A DNA stretch of 64,000 nt, from the NCBI GenBank assembly GCA_900319355.1, contig ONOC01000001.1, positions 2,111 to 66,110 on the forward strand. Reading direction: 5' to 3'. Of the stretch, positions 50,264 to 59,984 are shown piece after piece; position 1 is the stretch's first letter; each line of letters begins with the position of its first letter. Made by a program: the position numbers and the translations under genes. The notes under the pieces are model-generated. The model was given only the letters and a program-made list of their open reading frames with translations, did not search any database and was not told the DNA's origin. The stretch is from an uncultured Eubacteriales bacterium (GTDB lineage Bacteria > Bacillota > Clostridia > Lachnospirales > Lachnospiraceae).

Positions 50264-50941
50264 ATGGAGATATTAATAGACACTGCCAGCGTTGAAGCCG
50301 TTAAGAAATACAACGACATCTACAACCTGACGGGGGTGACCTGCAATCCGTCGATTCTCGCGAAGGAAAAGCCGGATTTTTACGGAATTCTGGATCAGAT
50401 ACGGGCCATCATCGGGCCTGAAAAGGAACTGCATATCCAGCTCACGGCGCCCACCTGCAGCGAGATGCTCCGCGAAGCCGAGACGATCGGCGAACACTTC
50501 GGCAGGGAGCACACCTATCTGAAGGTGCCGGCCAACGAAGAGGGCATCAGAACCATCCGGCGGCTCAAAAATGACGGATATCTGGTCACGGCGACCGCCA
50601 TTTACACGGCACAGCAGGGCATGCTCGCTCTCTCCGTCGGCGCCGATTATCTGGCGCCGTACTACAACAGGATGAGCAATGCAGGCTACGACGCACACCA
50701 GCAGATCGCCGATCTCGTATACCTGATCGACCGCTGGCACCTTCCGTCAAAAATCCTCGCCGCCAGCTTCCACAACACCTGGCAGGTGATGGATGCCCTG
50801 CTTGCCGGTGCCCACGCGGTGACAGCCGCTCCGGAATACCTGAGCGCCATGGTCAACACGCCGGATGTAAGCGATGCCCTGGAGAAATTCGGAAAAGACT
50901 GGGAGAAAAACTACGGCACGAAGAAGATTTATGAGCTCTGA
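50264..50941 (+). CDS. Fructose-6-phosphate aldolase/transaldolase family
   Basis: LIDTA, GVTCNPSIL, LKVP, ATAIY, APYYNR, ILAASF. Confidence 0.9.
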   Translation: MEILIDTASVEAVKKYNDIYNLTGVTCNPSILAKEKPDFYGILDQIRAIIGPEKELHIQLTAPTCSEMLREAETIGEHFGREHTYLKVPANEEGIRTIRRLKNDGYLVTATAIYTAQQGMLALSVGADYLAPYYNRMSNAGYDAHQQIADLVYLIDRWHLPSKILAASFHNTWQVMDALLAGAHAVTAAPEYLSAMVNTPDVSDALEKFGKDWEKNYGTKKIYEL

Positions 50942-52452
50942 CTACCCCGCATTTCGGGATAGATCGGCTTCAATGCCTCATACGCTTCATTAAAAATCTT
51001 CATTTCCTTTTCATAAACCGCGTGCGCCTTCCTGTCGGGTTCCAGCGGTTCGCCGTAATGAATATACTCTGATATTGCGTCGAATCCGTCGTAGATGCCG
51101 GCTCCGATACCCGCCAGGACAGCCGCGGCCATGGACGTCGACTCCTCCACATGATCCGGACGTATGATCCGGCAGCCGGTCACGTCCGCAAGGATCTGCG
51201 CAACCACATCGCCCTCTGCCCCGCCGCCGGTGAGGATCAGTTCGCGGATATCGCCGTTTTTTCTCTGCGCTTCCAGAATAACGTTCAGATTCAGCGCGAT
51301 ACCCTCCAGAACCGCACGGATATAGTGCGCCTTTGTGTGTGCCATCCGCATACCGAGAAAAGCACCCGAAGCGTCCGGATTCCAGCGGGGTGACCGCTCT
51401 CCGAGCAGATAAGGCAGATACATCAGACCGTCCGAACCGGCCGGAACCTGCTCTGCCATTTCATCGAGGACCGCATATACACTGCGGCCCTCTTTTTTTG
51501 CACGCGCTGCTTCTTCACCGCAGAACGTTCCGGCGATATAGGACAAAGAGCTGCCGGCCGCCTGCATGGTCCCTGTCGGGGAAAATTTTCCCGGGATCAC
51601 ATGCCGGAAAGTCATCAGTACGTGCCCGCTGTCCTGCGCCGGCACTTCTGATGTGCCGGCGATCCAGGCTGACGTCCCGAAGGTCAGGTAATACTGCCCG
51701 TCCCGGATACAGCCGGCGCCGAGTGTCGCACACGGACCGTCCCCGCCGCCGACAACAACGCTGACCTCTCCGGAAAGGCCGAGTGCCTCCGCCGCCTCGG
51801 CCGTCAGCTTCCCTGCCACATCCGTCGAGGCATGAAGCTCGGGCATCTTCGCCATGTCCACACCCGCAGCATCAAAAATCTCCTCCGACCACACGCCCTT
51901 CCTGAGATCCATGCCGTTTGTCCCCGAACCGTCGGACAGATCCGTCAGCATACGCCCTGTCATACGAAAAATAATGTAATCTTTGGCCTGCAGCACACAG
52001 GCCGTGCGCCGGTACACATCGGGCTCGCTGTCCTTCAGCCACATCAGCTTCTCCAGTGTGTAGCTGCAGCTGATCCTGTGGCCGAGAAGATCATACGCGT
52101 GCGCCCGTCCGATCCGTTCCGCCAGTGCCTTTTCCTGTTCTCTCGCCCGGGTATCCGCCCAGATCATGGAACGCCGGAGCGGCCGGCCTTCCGCATCCAC
52201 AGGCAGGCAGCCCTGCATCTGTCCGGAAAAAGAGATGGCGGCCACATGACGGGATCGGCCGGCGGTGATTTTTCTCACCGCGCGGACGACGGCCTTCCAC
52301 CAGTCCTCAGGATCCTCCTCCGCTTCCCCGGCGGGTCCGTAATACACCTCGTATCCTTCCGTGCAGCTGCTGACAAGACTTCCATCCGTGTCGAACAGGG
52401 AAGCCTTGGTTCCCGATGTGCCAAGGTCCAGTGCAATCAGATACTGTTTCAT
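50929..52452 (-). CDS. FGGY carbohydrate kinase (xylulokinase-like)
   Basis: DLGTSGTK, FSGQMQG, GGGD, LPYLLGERSP, AVLEG. Confidence 0.9.
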   Translation of the reverse strand: MKQYLIALDLGTSGTKASLFDTDGSLVSSCTEGYEVYYGPAGEAEEDPEDWWKAVVRAVRKITAGRSRHVAAISFSGQMQGCLPVDAEGRPLRRSMIWADTRAREQEKALAERIGRAHAYDLLGHRISCSYTLEKLMWLKDSEPDVYRRTACVLQAKDYIIFRMTGRMLTDLSDGSGTNGMDLRKGVWSEEIFDAAGVDMAKMPELHASTDVAGKLTAEAAEALGLSGEVSVVVGGGDGPCATLGAGCIRDGQYYLTFGTSAWIAGTSEVPAQDSGHVLMTFRHVIPGKFSPTGTMQAAGSSLSYIAGTFCGEEAARAKKEGRSVYAVLDEMAEQVPAGSDGLMYLPYLLGERSPRWNPDASGAFLGMRMAHTKAHYIRAVLEGIALNLNVILEAQRKNGDIRELILTGGGAEGDVVAQILADVTGCRIIRPDHVEESTSMAAAVLAGIGAGIYDGFDAISEYIHYGEPLEPDRKAHAVYEKEMKIFNEAYEALKPIYPEMRGSQSS

Positions 52453-52668
52453 ACCTTCTCCTCTCCGCCGGTTTTCTTCACTGGCTTCCCGTGATTCTGT
52501 TTTGTCGATGGACAGTTTTCATTTTATAGTAATTTACCGGATATGGAAAGCGAGCGGATCAGGAACTGCCGATGAAAAGCAGAAAACGCCGGAAAGATGT
52601 GATGGCCGTTTCGTGACATAACAAAAGCGGCCGTTGCGGCCGCTTTGATAAGGGAGGAGAAAGAGCAG

Positions 52669-53361
52669 ATGCAGATAAATAAACAGCAGCGGGATGCGCT
52701 CCTCCGGGAGTGCAGCACGCTGCTTCTGGAAATACATACATTATACAGTGATCTGGACCGGCGGTTTCATCTGAGGGGCGCCGGCATCCCCGTGACATTC
52801 GGCTTCGAAACTGATCAGCTCGGATCCTATACGCAGGGCAAAGATTACAGTGAAGAGGAGTTCCACTTTTCTCTTCTCTTCATCGGAAGAAGTCTGCCTC
52901 ATCCGCTGTCGAAGGAAGACCGGCTGGACCTGTACAAGCATGAATACGCCCATTATATGCAGTACCATATGCCGGTTCCAAAGGAATACCGGTGGCAGTA
53001 CGGAACCCACGGAAGCGCATGGAAATACTGCTGTTCCCTGATCGGAGCCGCGCCGACACCGCTGTATCGCGCCGGCGAGGGCAGCATGGATCACGATTAT
53101 GAGAAGGCACTGACAAGTCCCGTCAGTGACAAAACAATCCCGGTGACAGATGTATATCACCGGGAAATGGAATATCGGAAAAAACGGGCCCGGACGGTCC
53201 GGTACAGGCTCGGCGAACGGCTCCGGCATCCCCGCTACGGTATCGGTGAGATTGTCGATATCGCAGCTCAGCCGGATTCCGTCCGCATCTCTATGAAATT
53301 CAGTGATCAGACCAGGGTATTCGATCAGATGTGGCTGATCCGGCATACCGAGAAGGTATAA
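52669..53361 (+). CDS. SprT-like Zn metalloprotease with C-terminal Tudor-like domain
   Basis: KHEYAH...HGSAWK; C-terminal GERLRHPRYGIGEIV. Confidence 0.65.
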   Translation: MQINKQQRDALLRECSTLLLEIHTLYSDLDRRFHLRGAGIPVTFGFETDQLGSYTQGKDYSEEEFHFSLLFIGRSLPHPLSKEDRLDLYKHEYAHYMQYHMPVPKEYRWQYGTHGSAWKYCCSLIGAAPTPLYRAGEGSMDHDYEKALTSPVSDKTIPVTDVYHREMEYRKKRARTVRYRLGERLRHPRYGIGEIVDIAAQPDSVRISMKFSDQTRVFDQMWLIRHTEKV

Positions 53362-53368
53362 GCTTTCT

Positions 53369-53785
53369 TTATTCGCCGCGCAGACCTTTTGTCTTCTCAA
53401 GGATCTCGGCTTTCCACTCATCGGTGAGCTTTCCCTGCTGCCAGGTAACGCCCGCGCCATCTCCCTTATACCTGGGGATCAGGTGGATATGGAAATGGAA
53501 CACCGTCTGGCCGGCCGCTTCACCATTGTTCTGAACGACATTGTATCCGTCGCAGGGAAGCGCCTTCATCATATATGTCACGACCTTTTTGGCCAAGACA
53601 ATTGCCTTCTGCAGCAGCTCATCCGGGATCTCCGTGATATTGGCGTAATGCTCCTTCGGAAGAATCAGAGCGTGACCCTTTGTTGCCGGTCCGAGATCAA
53701 GGATCACCCGGAAATCATCATCTTCATAAATCGTCGCAGACGGAATCTCACCGGCCGCAATCTTGCAGAAAATACAGTCTTCCAT
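53369..53785 (-). CDS. HIT-family hydrolase
   Basis: CIFCKI, GQTVFHFHIHLIPR. Confidence 0.93.
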   Translation of the reverse strand: MEDCIFCKIAAGEIPSATIYEDDDFRVILDLGPATKGHALILPKEHYANITEIPDELLQKAIVLAKKVVTYMMKALPCDGYNVVQNNGEAAGQTVFHFHIHLIPRYKGDGAGVTWQQGKLTDEWKAEILEKTKGLRGE

Positions 53786-53828
53786 TATCAAAATCCTCCG
53801 TTTTTGTTGTTCTGATCTTTCCCTGCAG

Positions 53829-53934
53829 ATACGTTTCAGTATTGCACTGAAGCTCTCTTTGAGAATACGGTTTCAGTATTGCACTGAAGCTTTCTTTGAG
53901 AATACGGTTTCAGTATTGCACTGAAGCTTTCTTT
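53829..53934. repeat. 37-bp tandem repeat x3 with palindromic core
   Basis: TTCAGT-ATTGC-ACTGAA at 53835, 53872 and 53909. Confidence 0.9.
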
Positions 53935-53960
53935 CAACAGAACAATTATATACCGGAAGT

Positions 53961-54473
53961 TCACTTATGAAAATCGGGATTTCTGGTGAACCGCAGTGTG
54001 CAGACAGGGTCGCCATCGGCAATCGTTCCTTCCAGATCAAATCTGCAGCACGGAAAATGTTTCGCATACTCGTGATCACCGGCCATGGTTACCTCGCAGA
54101 GATGGGAAATCTCCTCCGGCGTCCGTCCCTGCTTCTTCCACTTGTTCACATACGGGCAGTAGTGGAAGGCGATCTCCAGCTCATCCTCTGTGTCTTTCAC
54201 TCTCTCCATCTCATACAGTACACTGTTGAGATCCGATCCGAACATCGCTCTGAACTCGTTAAAATCATCGGGATCCTTCATGGCTTTTCTGTCAGCCTCG
54301 GCATTTTCAGCGCCGTAAGACGCGATGGCATCACTGGCAAAGCTGTCGTCGATCCCGCGCTTCTTTGCCTCGTCGATCATATTCGCGATTGTCGCAGCCC
54401 TGCGTTCGCTGATATCTCTCATTCCTTCAGCCACATCATTCTGAATATGCGGTACATTGTTCTCAAAAGCCAT
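53961..54473 (-). CDS. L-2-amino-thiazoline-4-carboxylate hydrolase-like protein
   Basis: FHYCPYVNKW, LCEVTMAGD, TIADGDPVC pattern. Confidence 0.72.
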   Translation of the reverse strand: MAFENNVPHIQNDVAEGMRDISERRAATIANMIDEAKKRGIDDSFASDAIASYGAENAEADRKAMKDPDDFNEFRAMFGSDLNSVLYEMERVKDTEDELEIAFHYCPYVNKWKKQGRTPEEISHLCEVTMAGDHEYAKHFPCCRFDLEGTIADGDPVCTLRFTRNPDFHK

Positions 54474-54518
54474 TTCTTTTCCCTCCGTTACTTTCCATTC
54501 TTCCCTGTTCGGGATTTT

Positions 54519-55289
54519 TCAGATATAGTAATCCGTACCATAATCCTCACCGAGGAGGCTGCAGAGAAATTGTCTTGTTCTCTGATTCTTCGGCTGATCG
54601 ATAACCTGCTGCGGCGGTCCCTCTTCGACTACCTTGCCGCCCTCCATGAAGACAACCTTGTCCGCGACCTCCCTCGCAAATTTGATCTCATGTGTCACGA
54701 TGATCATGGTGATACCGGTCGCCGCGACGTCCCGGATCGTGGCCAGAACACCTCCGACCAGTTCCGGATCAAGCGCGGATGTCGGCTCATCGAAAAGGAT
54801 CACCTTCGGTTTAAGGGCCAGTGCCCGGCAGATACTGACACGCTGCTGCTGTCCTCCCGAAAGCTCCGACGGATAACTGTCTTTCTTATCCTCCAGATGA
54901 ACCTTCTTCAGAAGCTCCATCGCCTTTTCTTCTGCTTCTTTCCGGTTTTTTTTCTGAACCGTGACAGGGCCCTCTGTGATATTGTCGAGAACCGTCTTAT
55001 TCTTAAACAGGTTGTAATTCTGAAAAACCATCGCCGTCCGGCGCCTCAGTTCAAGCACCTTCGCATTCTGCTTTTTCCCGCTTTCCACGGTCAGCCCGTC
55101 GATCGTCACAGTCCCGGAATCCGCCGGATTCAGAAAGTTGATCGTCCGGAGCAGTGTCGTCTTTCCGCCGCCCGACGGGCCGAGAATAACGACAACTTCG
55201 CCTTTATCCACCTTGAGGCTGACACCGTTCAGGATGGCCTTGCCGCCAAGGTTTTTATGAATATCGTTTAATTCAACCATTGCTCCCAT
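54519..55289 (-). CDS. Polar amino-acid ABC ATPase
   Basis: GPSGGGKTT, LSGGQQQR, FDEPTSALDPELV. Confidence 0.93.
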   Translation of the reverse strand: MGAMVELNDIHKNLGGKAILNGVSLKVDKGEVVVILGPSGGGKTTLLRTINFLNPADSGTVTIDGLTVESGKKQNAKVLELRRRTAMVFQNYNLFKNKTVLDNITEGPVTVQKKNRKEAEEKAMELLKKVHLEDKKDSYPSELSGGQQQRVSICRALALKPKVILFDEPTSALDPELVGGVLATIRDVAATGITMIIVTHEIKFAREVADKVVFMEGGKVVEEGPPQQVIDQPKNQRTRQFLCSLLGEDYGTDYYI

Positions 55290-55429
55290 TGTCTGTACCT
55301 CTCCTGATCCTCTGTTCTCACCTGTGATACTGACCTCTCACCCGGGATCCTCAGTCCTCACCATCGATTCAGCATTCTCTCCTGCGATCCTGTGTCCTGA
55401 TCGACCCTGTGTCCTGATCCGTGATTGTC

Positions 55430-56170
55430 TCAGCTTACCTGCACCTTCTCTGTCACAGCTGCGACGGAGGGACGACGGTCATGTGATGTCAGCTTTCTGT
55501 TCAGACTGTTCAGCAGCCGCTCGACCACAATGCAGATGATCCAGTAAATACCGGCCGCAATGAGATAGCCCTCGAGGATGGCATAATTATCGGCAGTCGA
55601 CGCTCTTGCGACCGAAAGAAGCTCGAAGACATTGACGATCGACGCCAGGCTGGTTGCCTTGAACAGCCACATAAAATAATTCGATATATTCGGAAGCGCG
55701 ATCACGATCATCTGCGGAATAATAATACACGTCAGCGTCTGAGATCTCGTCATGCCGACGGATGCTGCCGCCTCTGACTGTCCCGGATCAACGCCCTCAT
55801 ATGATGTGATAACCATGTCTGTCATGTATGCCCCGTAATTGAAGGCGAAAGCCACGCAGGCAAAGGCAAAGTAGGACTGATTTTTCGGATCAAAGGTATA
55901 GCCGAGAAATCCGTCCATGCTCTTCAGAATGAGCGGAATTCCGTAGTAGCATAACAACAGCTGAACGACCAGCGGCACGCCCTTGATAAACGTATTGAAA
56001 ACAACGATCACCTGACTCAGAACAGGGATCCGCTTTAACCGGCATGCGCCCATGAGTCCCGCCAGAAGAAGAGCCAGGGCCATGGAAATCACGGTCAGCG
56101 CAAGCGTGAGAGGAAGGGCACTGAGAACAACCGGTATATCCTTCAGCATAAACGCATAATTCAGATTCAT
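55430..56170 (-). CDS. Polar amino-acid ABC permease
   Basis: KGVPLVVQL, GQSEAA, FKATSL. Confidence 0.9.
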   Translation of the reverse strand: MNLNYAFMLKDIPVVLSALPLTLALTVISMALALLLAGLMGACRLKRIPVLSQVIVVFNTFIKGVPLVVQLLLCYYGIPLILKSMDGFLGYTFDPKNQSYFAFACVAFAFNYGAYMTDMVITSYEGVDPGQSEAAASVGMTRSQTLTCIIIPQMIVIALPNISNYFMWLFKATSLASIVNVFELLSVARASTADNYAILEGYLIAAGIYWIICIVVERLLNSLNRKLTSHDRRPSVAAVTEKVQVS

Positions 56171-56862
56171 GCCGCTGCCCTCCTGTACTTTTTATTATGT
56201 GAAGAAATCAGGCTGAATACGATCTCGACCAGCACATTGATAAGGAAATAAAGAATGGCGGCCGCCAGAAGGATCCATATCTGGCCATATCCCTTGTGAT
56301 GATTGATGATCTGATTTGCCCTGCCCATAATATCGGTCACGCCGATGACATAGGCCACTGCCGTTCCCTTCAGCAGGTCGATCTCCAGATTTTTCAGATT
56401 GGGCAGCGCGATCTCCATCGCCTGCGGCATGATCACATGGAAAAAGCACTGGCTTCTGCTGTATCCGATGGAATAGCCGGCATCAATCTGTCCGGGATCG
56501 ATTGCTTTGCATCCGCTTCGAAAAGCTTCGGAAACAAAACTGGAAAAGTTGCAGCACGTTGCAATGATGTAAAAAATCCCGGCATCCCAGGAGTTAATAT
56601 CCACGCCAAACAGATCAAAAAGCTGCGGCAGACCGAAAAAGCACAGATAAATCTGAACGAGTCCCGGCGTGCCGCGGAAAAAGGATACGAACACGCTGGC
56701 GATATAATAAAGAACATTCTTCTTTCCTGATCTGATGAGGCACAGGATCCATCCCAGAACAAAGGATACAGCCGTGGGCACAAGAAAATAAAAAAGTGTC
56801 ACCGGCACATAACCCGCAAGTTCTGCCAGGCTTTCAGTAAATAGTTCGCTGCCTCTGAACAT
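56167..56862 (-). CDS. Polar amino-acid ABC permease
   Basis: RGTPGLVQ, SEAFR, LLKGT. Confidence 0.9.
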   Translation of the reverse strand: MFRGSELFTESLAELAGYVPVTLFYFLVPTAVSFVLGWILCLIRSGKKNVLYYIASVFVSFFRGTPGLVQIYLCFFGLPQLFDLFGVDINSWDAGIFYIIATCCNFSSFVSEAFRSGCKAIDPGQIDAGYSIGYSRSQCFFHVIMPQAMEIALPNLKNLEIDLLKGTAVAYVIGVTDIMGRANQIINHHKGYGQIWILLAAAILYFLINVLVEIVFSLISSHNKKYRRAAA

Positions 56863-57003
56863 ATCCTTCCGCTCTCCCTTTGCTCCCGGGCCCCGGGATT
56901 TTTACACCCGGGGCCCTGAGCTTATATCTGTATCTGATCAGGATTCCTGATCATTATTCTCTGACTGATTTTTCAGATTGAACCAGACCTTTTATCAGAT
57001 CTT

Positions 57004-57927
57004 TCAGTCCGAAATAAGTCCGATCTCTTTAGCCTTTGCAAAGTTATCCTGACCAAACCACTTTTCGGTAACCTTGCCGAGTGATCCGTCTTTGGTCAGC
57101 GCATCAATAGCCTCGTTGAATGCGCTCTGCAGGTCTGTCTCGTCCTTGTTGATCAGGAATACCAGATCTCTGCCGTCAACGATATCCGTAACTTTGAGAT
57201 CGTCGTAGCCGGCTTCCTTGATCACGGCATTCTCCTGCTCAGCAGATGCATAGCAAGCGTCATATGTGCCGTCCTCAACCTGCTGAATCTCATCGGCGAT
57301 CGTTCCGCTTGAGGCCAGTGTCTCGAAGTTGATGCTGACATCCGGATGATTTTTGATCCAGTCCTTCAGTGCCGCCACACGACCGTCAGTTCCTACGATC
57401 GGTGCGATGCTCTTGCCGTCCAGATCTTCCATGTTCTCAATGCCCGAGTCTGCCTTGACGGCAAGATTCATGAAATAGTAATCATACGGATCCGATACAT
57501 TGAAGGCCTCTTCTCTGGCATCAGTTCTGAAAAATGAATCCGCTGCGACGTCATACTTTCCGTTTGTTGTGCCTGCAAGAATTGTCTCATAATCCAGCAC
57601 ATTATAATGGAAGGTATAATCTTTGAGATAATCGTCGATCAGCTGCAGTGTCTCATACGTGGAACCTGCCGGCTGATCATTGTCGTCGGCGTAGGAGTAC
57701 GGCTCATCGGTGGAGCTGAGACCGATCTCTACGACCTTTGCGTCGGGATTGTCGTCCGCAGCGGATGAAGCACTGACTGCTGCCTCAGACGAAACGGATG
57801 ATGCGTCAGCTGAACCTGCAGCCGATGACGCAGATGATGAACTCCCGGAAGCAGAACCGCAGGCCGTAAGCCCAACCGTTATAACAACTGCTGTAAGTAA
57901 TGCTGTAATTTCCTTCGTCTTTTTCAT
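57004..57927 (-). CDS. Polar amino-acid ABC substrate-binding lipoprotein (cystine-like)
   Basis: Lipobox LTAC; PYSY, GKYD, KWFG. Confidence 0.88.
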   Translation of the reverse strand: MKKTKEITALLTAVVITVGLTACGSASGSSSSASSAAGSADASSVSSEAAVSASSAADDNPDAKVVEIGLSSTDEPYSYADDNDQPAGSTYETLQLIDDYLKDYTFHYNVLDYETILAGTTNGKYDVAADSFFRTDAREEAFNVSDPYDYYFMNLAVKADSGIENMEDLDGKSIAPIVGTDGRVAALKDWIKNHPDVSINFETLASSGTIADEIQQVEDGTYDACYASAEQENAVIKEAGYDDLKVTDIVDGRDLVFLINKDETDLQSAFNEAIDALTKDGSLGKVTEKWFGQDNFAKAKEIGLISD

Positions 57928-58055
57928 GATTTTCTCTCTCCTCCTGTTCCAGACTCCCCTTAAGTCCGGGCGTTTGTATTTCATACATTTCTTAGTTCAT
58001 GGCTAGGATATCACGCAGGGCAGAACGGCGGAAATACAGATAATCTATCAGTAGT

Positions 58056-58072
58056 TATAAATATGATTTATA
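58056..58072. promoter_or_regulatory. LysR-type palindrome TATAAAT-ATG-ATTTATA
   Basis: Perfect 7-3-7 palindrome (TATA-N9-TATA) upstream of the ABC operon. Confidence 0.5.
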
Positions 58073-58293
58073 GCAAAGCTAGAAGATATTCAAGGAAATG
58101 ATTTTAAACAGTCTGTATGGTGATCCGAATGACAAAAAAGAGCCCCGGGCAGCCCTTCAGGTACCTGACATATCGACCGTGATCGATACTCTGCCATGTA
58201 CCGTGAGGGCTGACGCCGGCGGCTCAGTTCAGCATCTTATATCCATTGTCTGCTGTTCATTATGATGAAACCAAAAAAGAATTATCACGTATC

Positions 58294-59691
58294 TCAGTAT
58301 GCTGCGATCTGCCCTTCATTCGCCGTGAACAGGCAGTATGCACCGTCATGGCAGCTCCGGATCAGGCTGATCATGTTGTCACGTGACAGGCTGACGCAGC
58401 CGGCGGTATTCCAGCTGTTTCTTCCCTTCACATGAATAAAAATAGCACTGCCTCCGCCCAGCTTCACCGGATTCGTGTTGAATCCCGTCGCTATGGCGTA
58501 TTCATACTGGTAAATCGTGCTGAGATGCTCTCCGCGGATCGGAGACGCACTTTCCACCCAGGTGTTGTAACGTCCGTTCATCTCGGCGGACCAGTAAGAA
58601 TTCGGCGTAATCTGGCGCCACGTCATACCGGAGCCCGGGTTTGCCGCACTGCCGAAGGCAAAAAGTGCCGGGAAAGATCCGATCGGTGTCCTGTAATCTC
58701 CCTCCGTATGTTCAACGCTGAGGCCATGGCTGCCGTAGCCGCAGTACCATTCGCCCTGTACCATATCCCAGTAACCAAAGGCATCTTTGTTCCACAGTGA
58801 CAGCGAATGATCCACCACCAGAATGATCTGATCCGTCTTCTTTGCCGTCTCTGACTTCCGCAGCAGCTCCGCGATGCGCTGACTGCCCGGATGCGCCTGA
58901 CTGTACAGCGTCTGATATACACTGCTGTCTGCCGGCACACCCTGTTTCCCCTGCTGTCCGTTCCTGAGGCCGACCATAACAAAGTACCGCAGCGTCTCTG
59001 CATCATCATGGCAGCTCTTCTGCACTTCCGGATATGCGCTGCGATAGAAGCTGTAATCATAAACGGGAGAAAAATCCATGCCCCGGTACACCGTCACGGG
59101 GTGCGTAATGGAGGGATCCGGATCCGTGATCCCGTACCACGCAATGCCTTCATATCTCCAGCTGTGCTCCTTCGTAAGCACATCATTTTCATGCGCATCA
59201 GCGGTAAAGTTGTGGCTGGATGCGGCATTACCCGCCGGATTGAACTCACGGTACATCGGTATGCTTTTCCCGTCATCCGAATAAAAAGCAATCCCCTCAT
59301 CGTTCCATCCCTGCTTCAGCAGCTCCGATCTCTCATTACTGTCTTTCGTATAGAGATGCATGCCGTCTTTCGGGTTAAATACCCGGTAAACCGGTGTAGA
59401 CGAAACAGCCGGTGCCGTCCAGCCGATGCCTTCATAGTCCCAGCCGTGCATCATCAGCACATCACGCTCATGATAATCCGCCGTATACAGATGCTCTCCG
59501 CTCTCCGAATTGTACATCCGGTACATATCCACAGAATCCGCTGCCAGTACGTTCCTGTATCCGAACAGAACAACAAGAACGGCAGCTGCCGCTGCCAGTA
59601 GCGTTGCAAACATAATATGCATCTGTCTTTCCTGCATCTGCCCTTCCCGCATCTGTCTTTCCTGCATCTGTCCTTCCTTCTCAGTCTTCAT
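58294..59691 (-). CDS. L,D-transpeptidase-family protein with repeated N-terminal (DUF5648-like) modules
   Basis: YR.(Y/F)N...H.(Y/F)T repeats; TPIG, IFIH...TAGCV catalytic His/Cys. Confidence 0.8.
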   Translation of the reverse strand: MKTEKEGQMQERQMREGQMQERQMHIMFATLLAAAAAVLVVLFGYRNVLAADSVDMYRMYNSESGEHLYTADYHERDVLMMHGWDYEGIGWTAPAVSSTPVYRVFNPKDGMHLYTKDSNERSELLKQGWNDEGIAFYSDDGKSIPMYREFNPAGNAASSHNFTADAHENDVLTKEHSWRYEGIAWYGITDPDPSITHPVTVYRGMDFSPVYDYSFYRSAYPEVQKSCHDDAETLRYFVMVGLRNGQQGKQGVPADSSVYQTLYSQAHPGSQRIAELLRKSETAKKTDQIILVVDHSLSLWNKDAFGYWDMVQGEWYCGYGSHGLSVEHTEGDYRTPIGSFPALFAFGSAANPGSGMTWRQITPNSYWSAEMNGRYNTWVESASPIRGEHLSTIYQYEYAIATGFNTNPVKLGGGSAIFIHVKGRNSWNTAGCVSLSRDNMISLIRSCHDGAYCLFTANEGQIAAY

Positions 59692-59984
59692 GCCTTCCTC
59701 TCCTCATCTGCCTGTACCTCCGCCGCATCGGCTGCATGATCAACCATCAGACGGCCGTCACAGGCCGTTTGCTTCACGGAATGTCAGTCTGTCATGAAAA
59801 CTTCAGTAAATCAGTCTGTCATTCAAACCACAGAATGCATGATACCACACTCTGCGCCGGATAAAAACGGCACACTTATGAGCCACAGAACGGTACAAAA
59901 TCCGGGGAAAAAATGATAAGATAAAACGATACAGGATCACTACAGAATGAGACCCGTACAGCAGATGAGGCGGCACAGCCGGAC

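Noticed and set aside
53829-53934. CRISPR array
   Set aside because: Units are contiguous and near-identical, with no unique spacers and no cas genes
58134-58232. NiCo riboswitch or SRP RNA
   Set aside because: Only AACTGAGC resembles NiCo, with no four-way junction; the SRP GGAA tetraloop motif is absent
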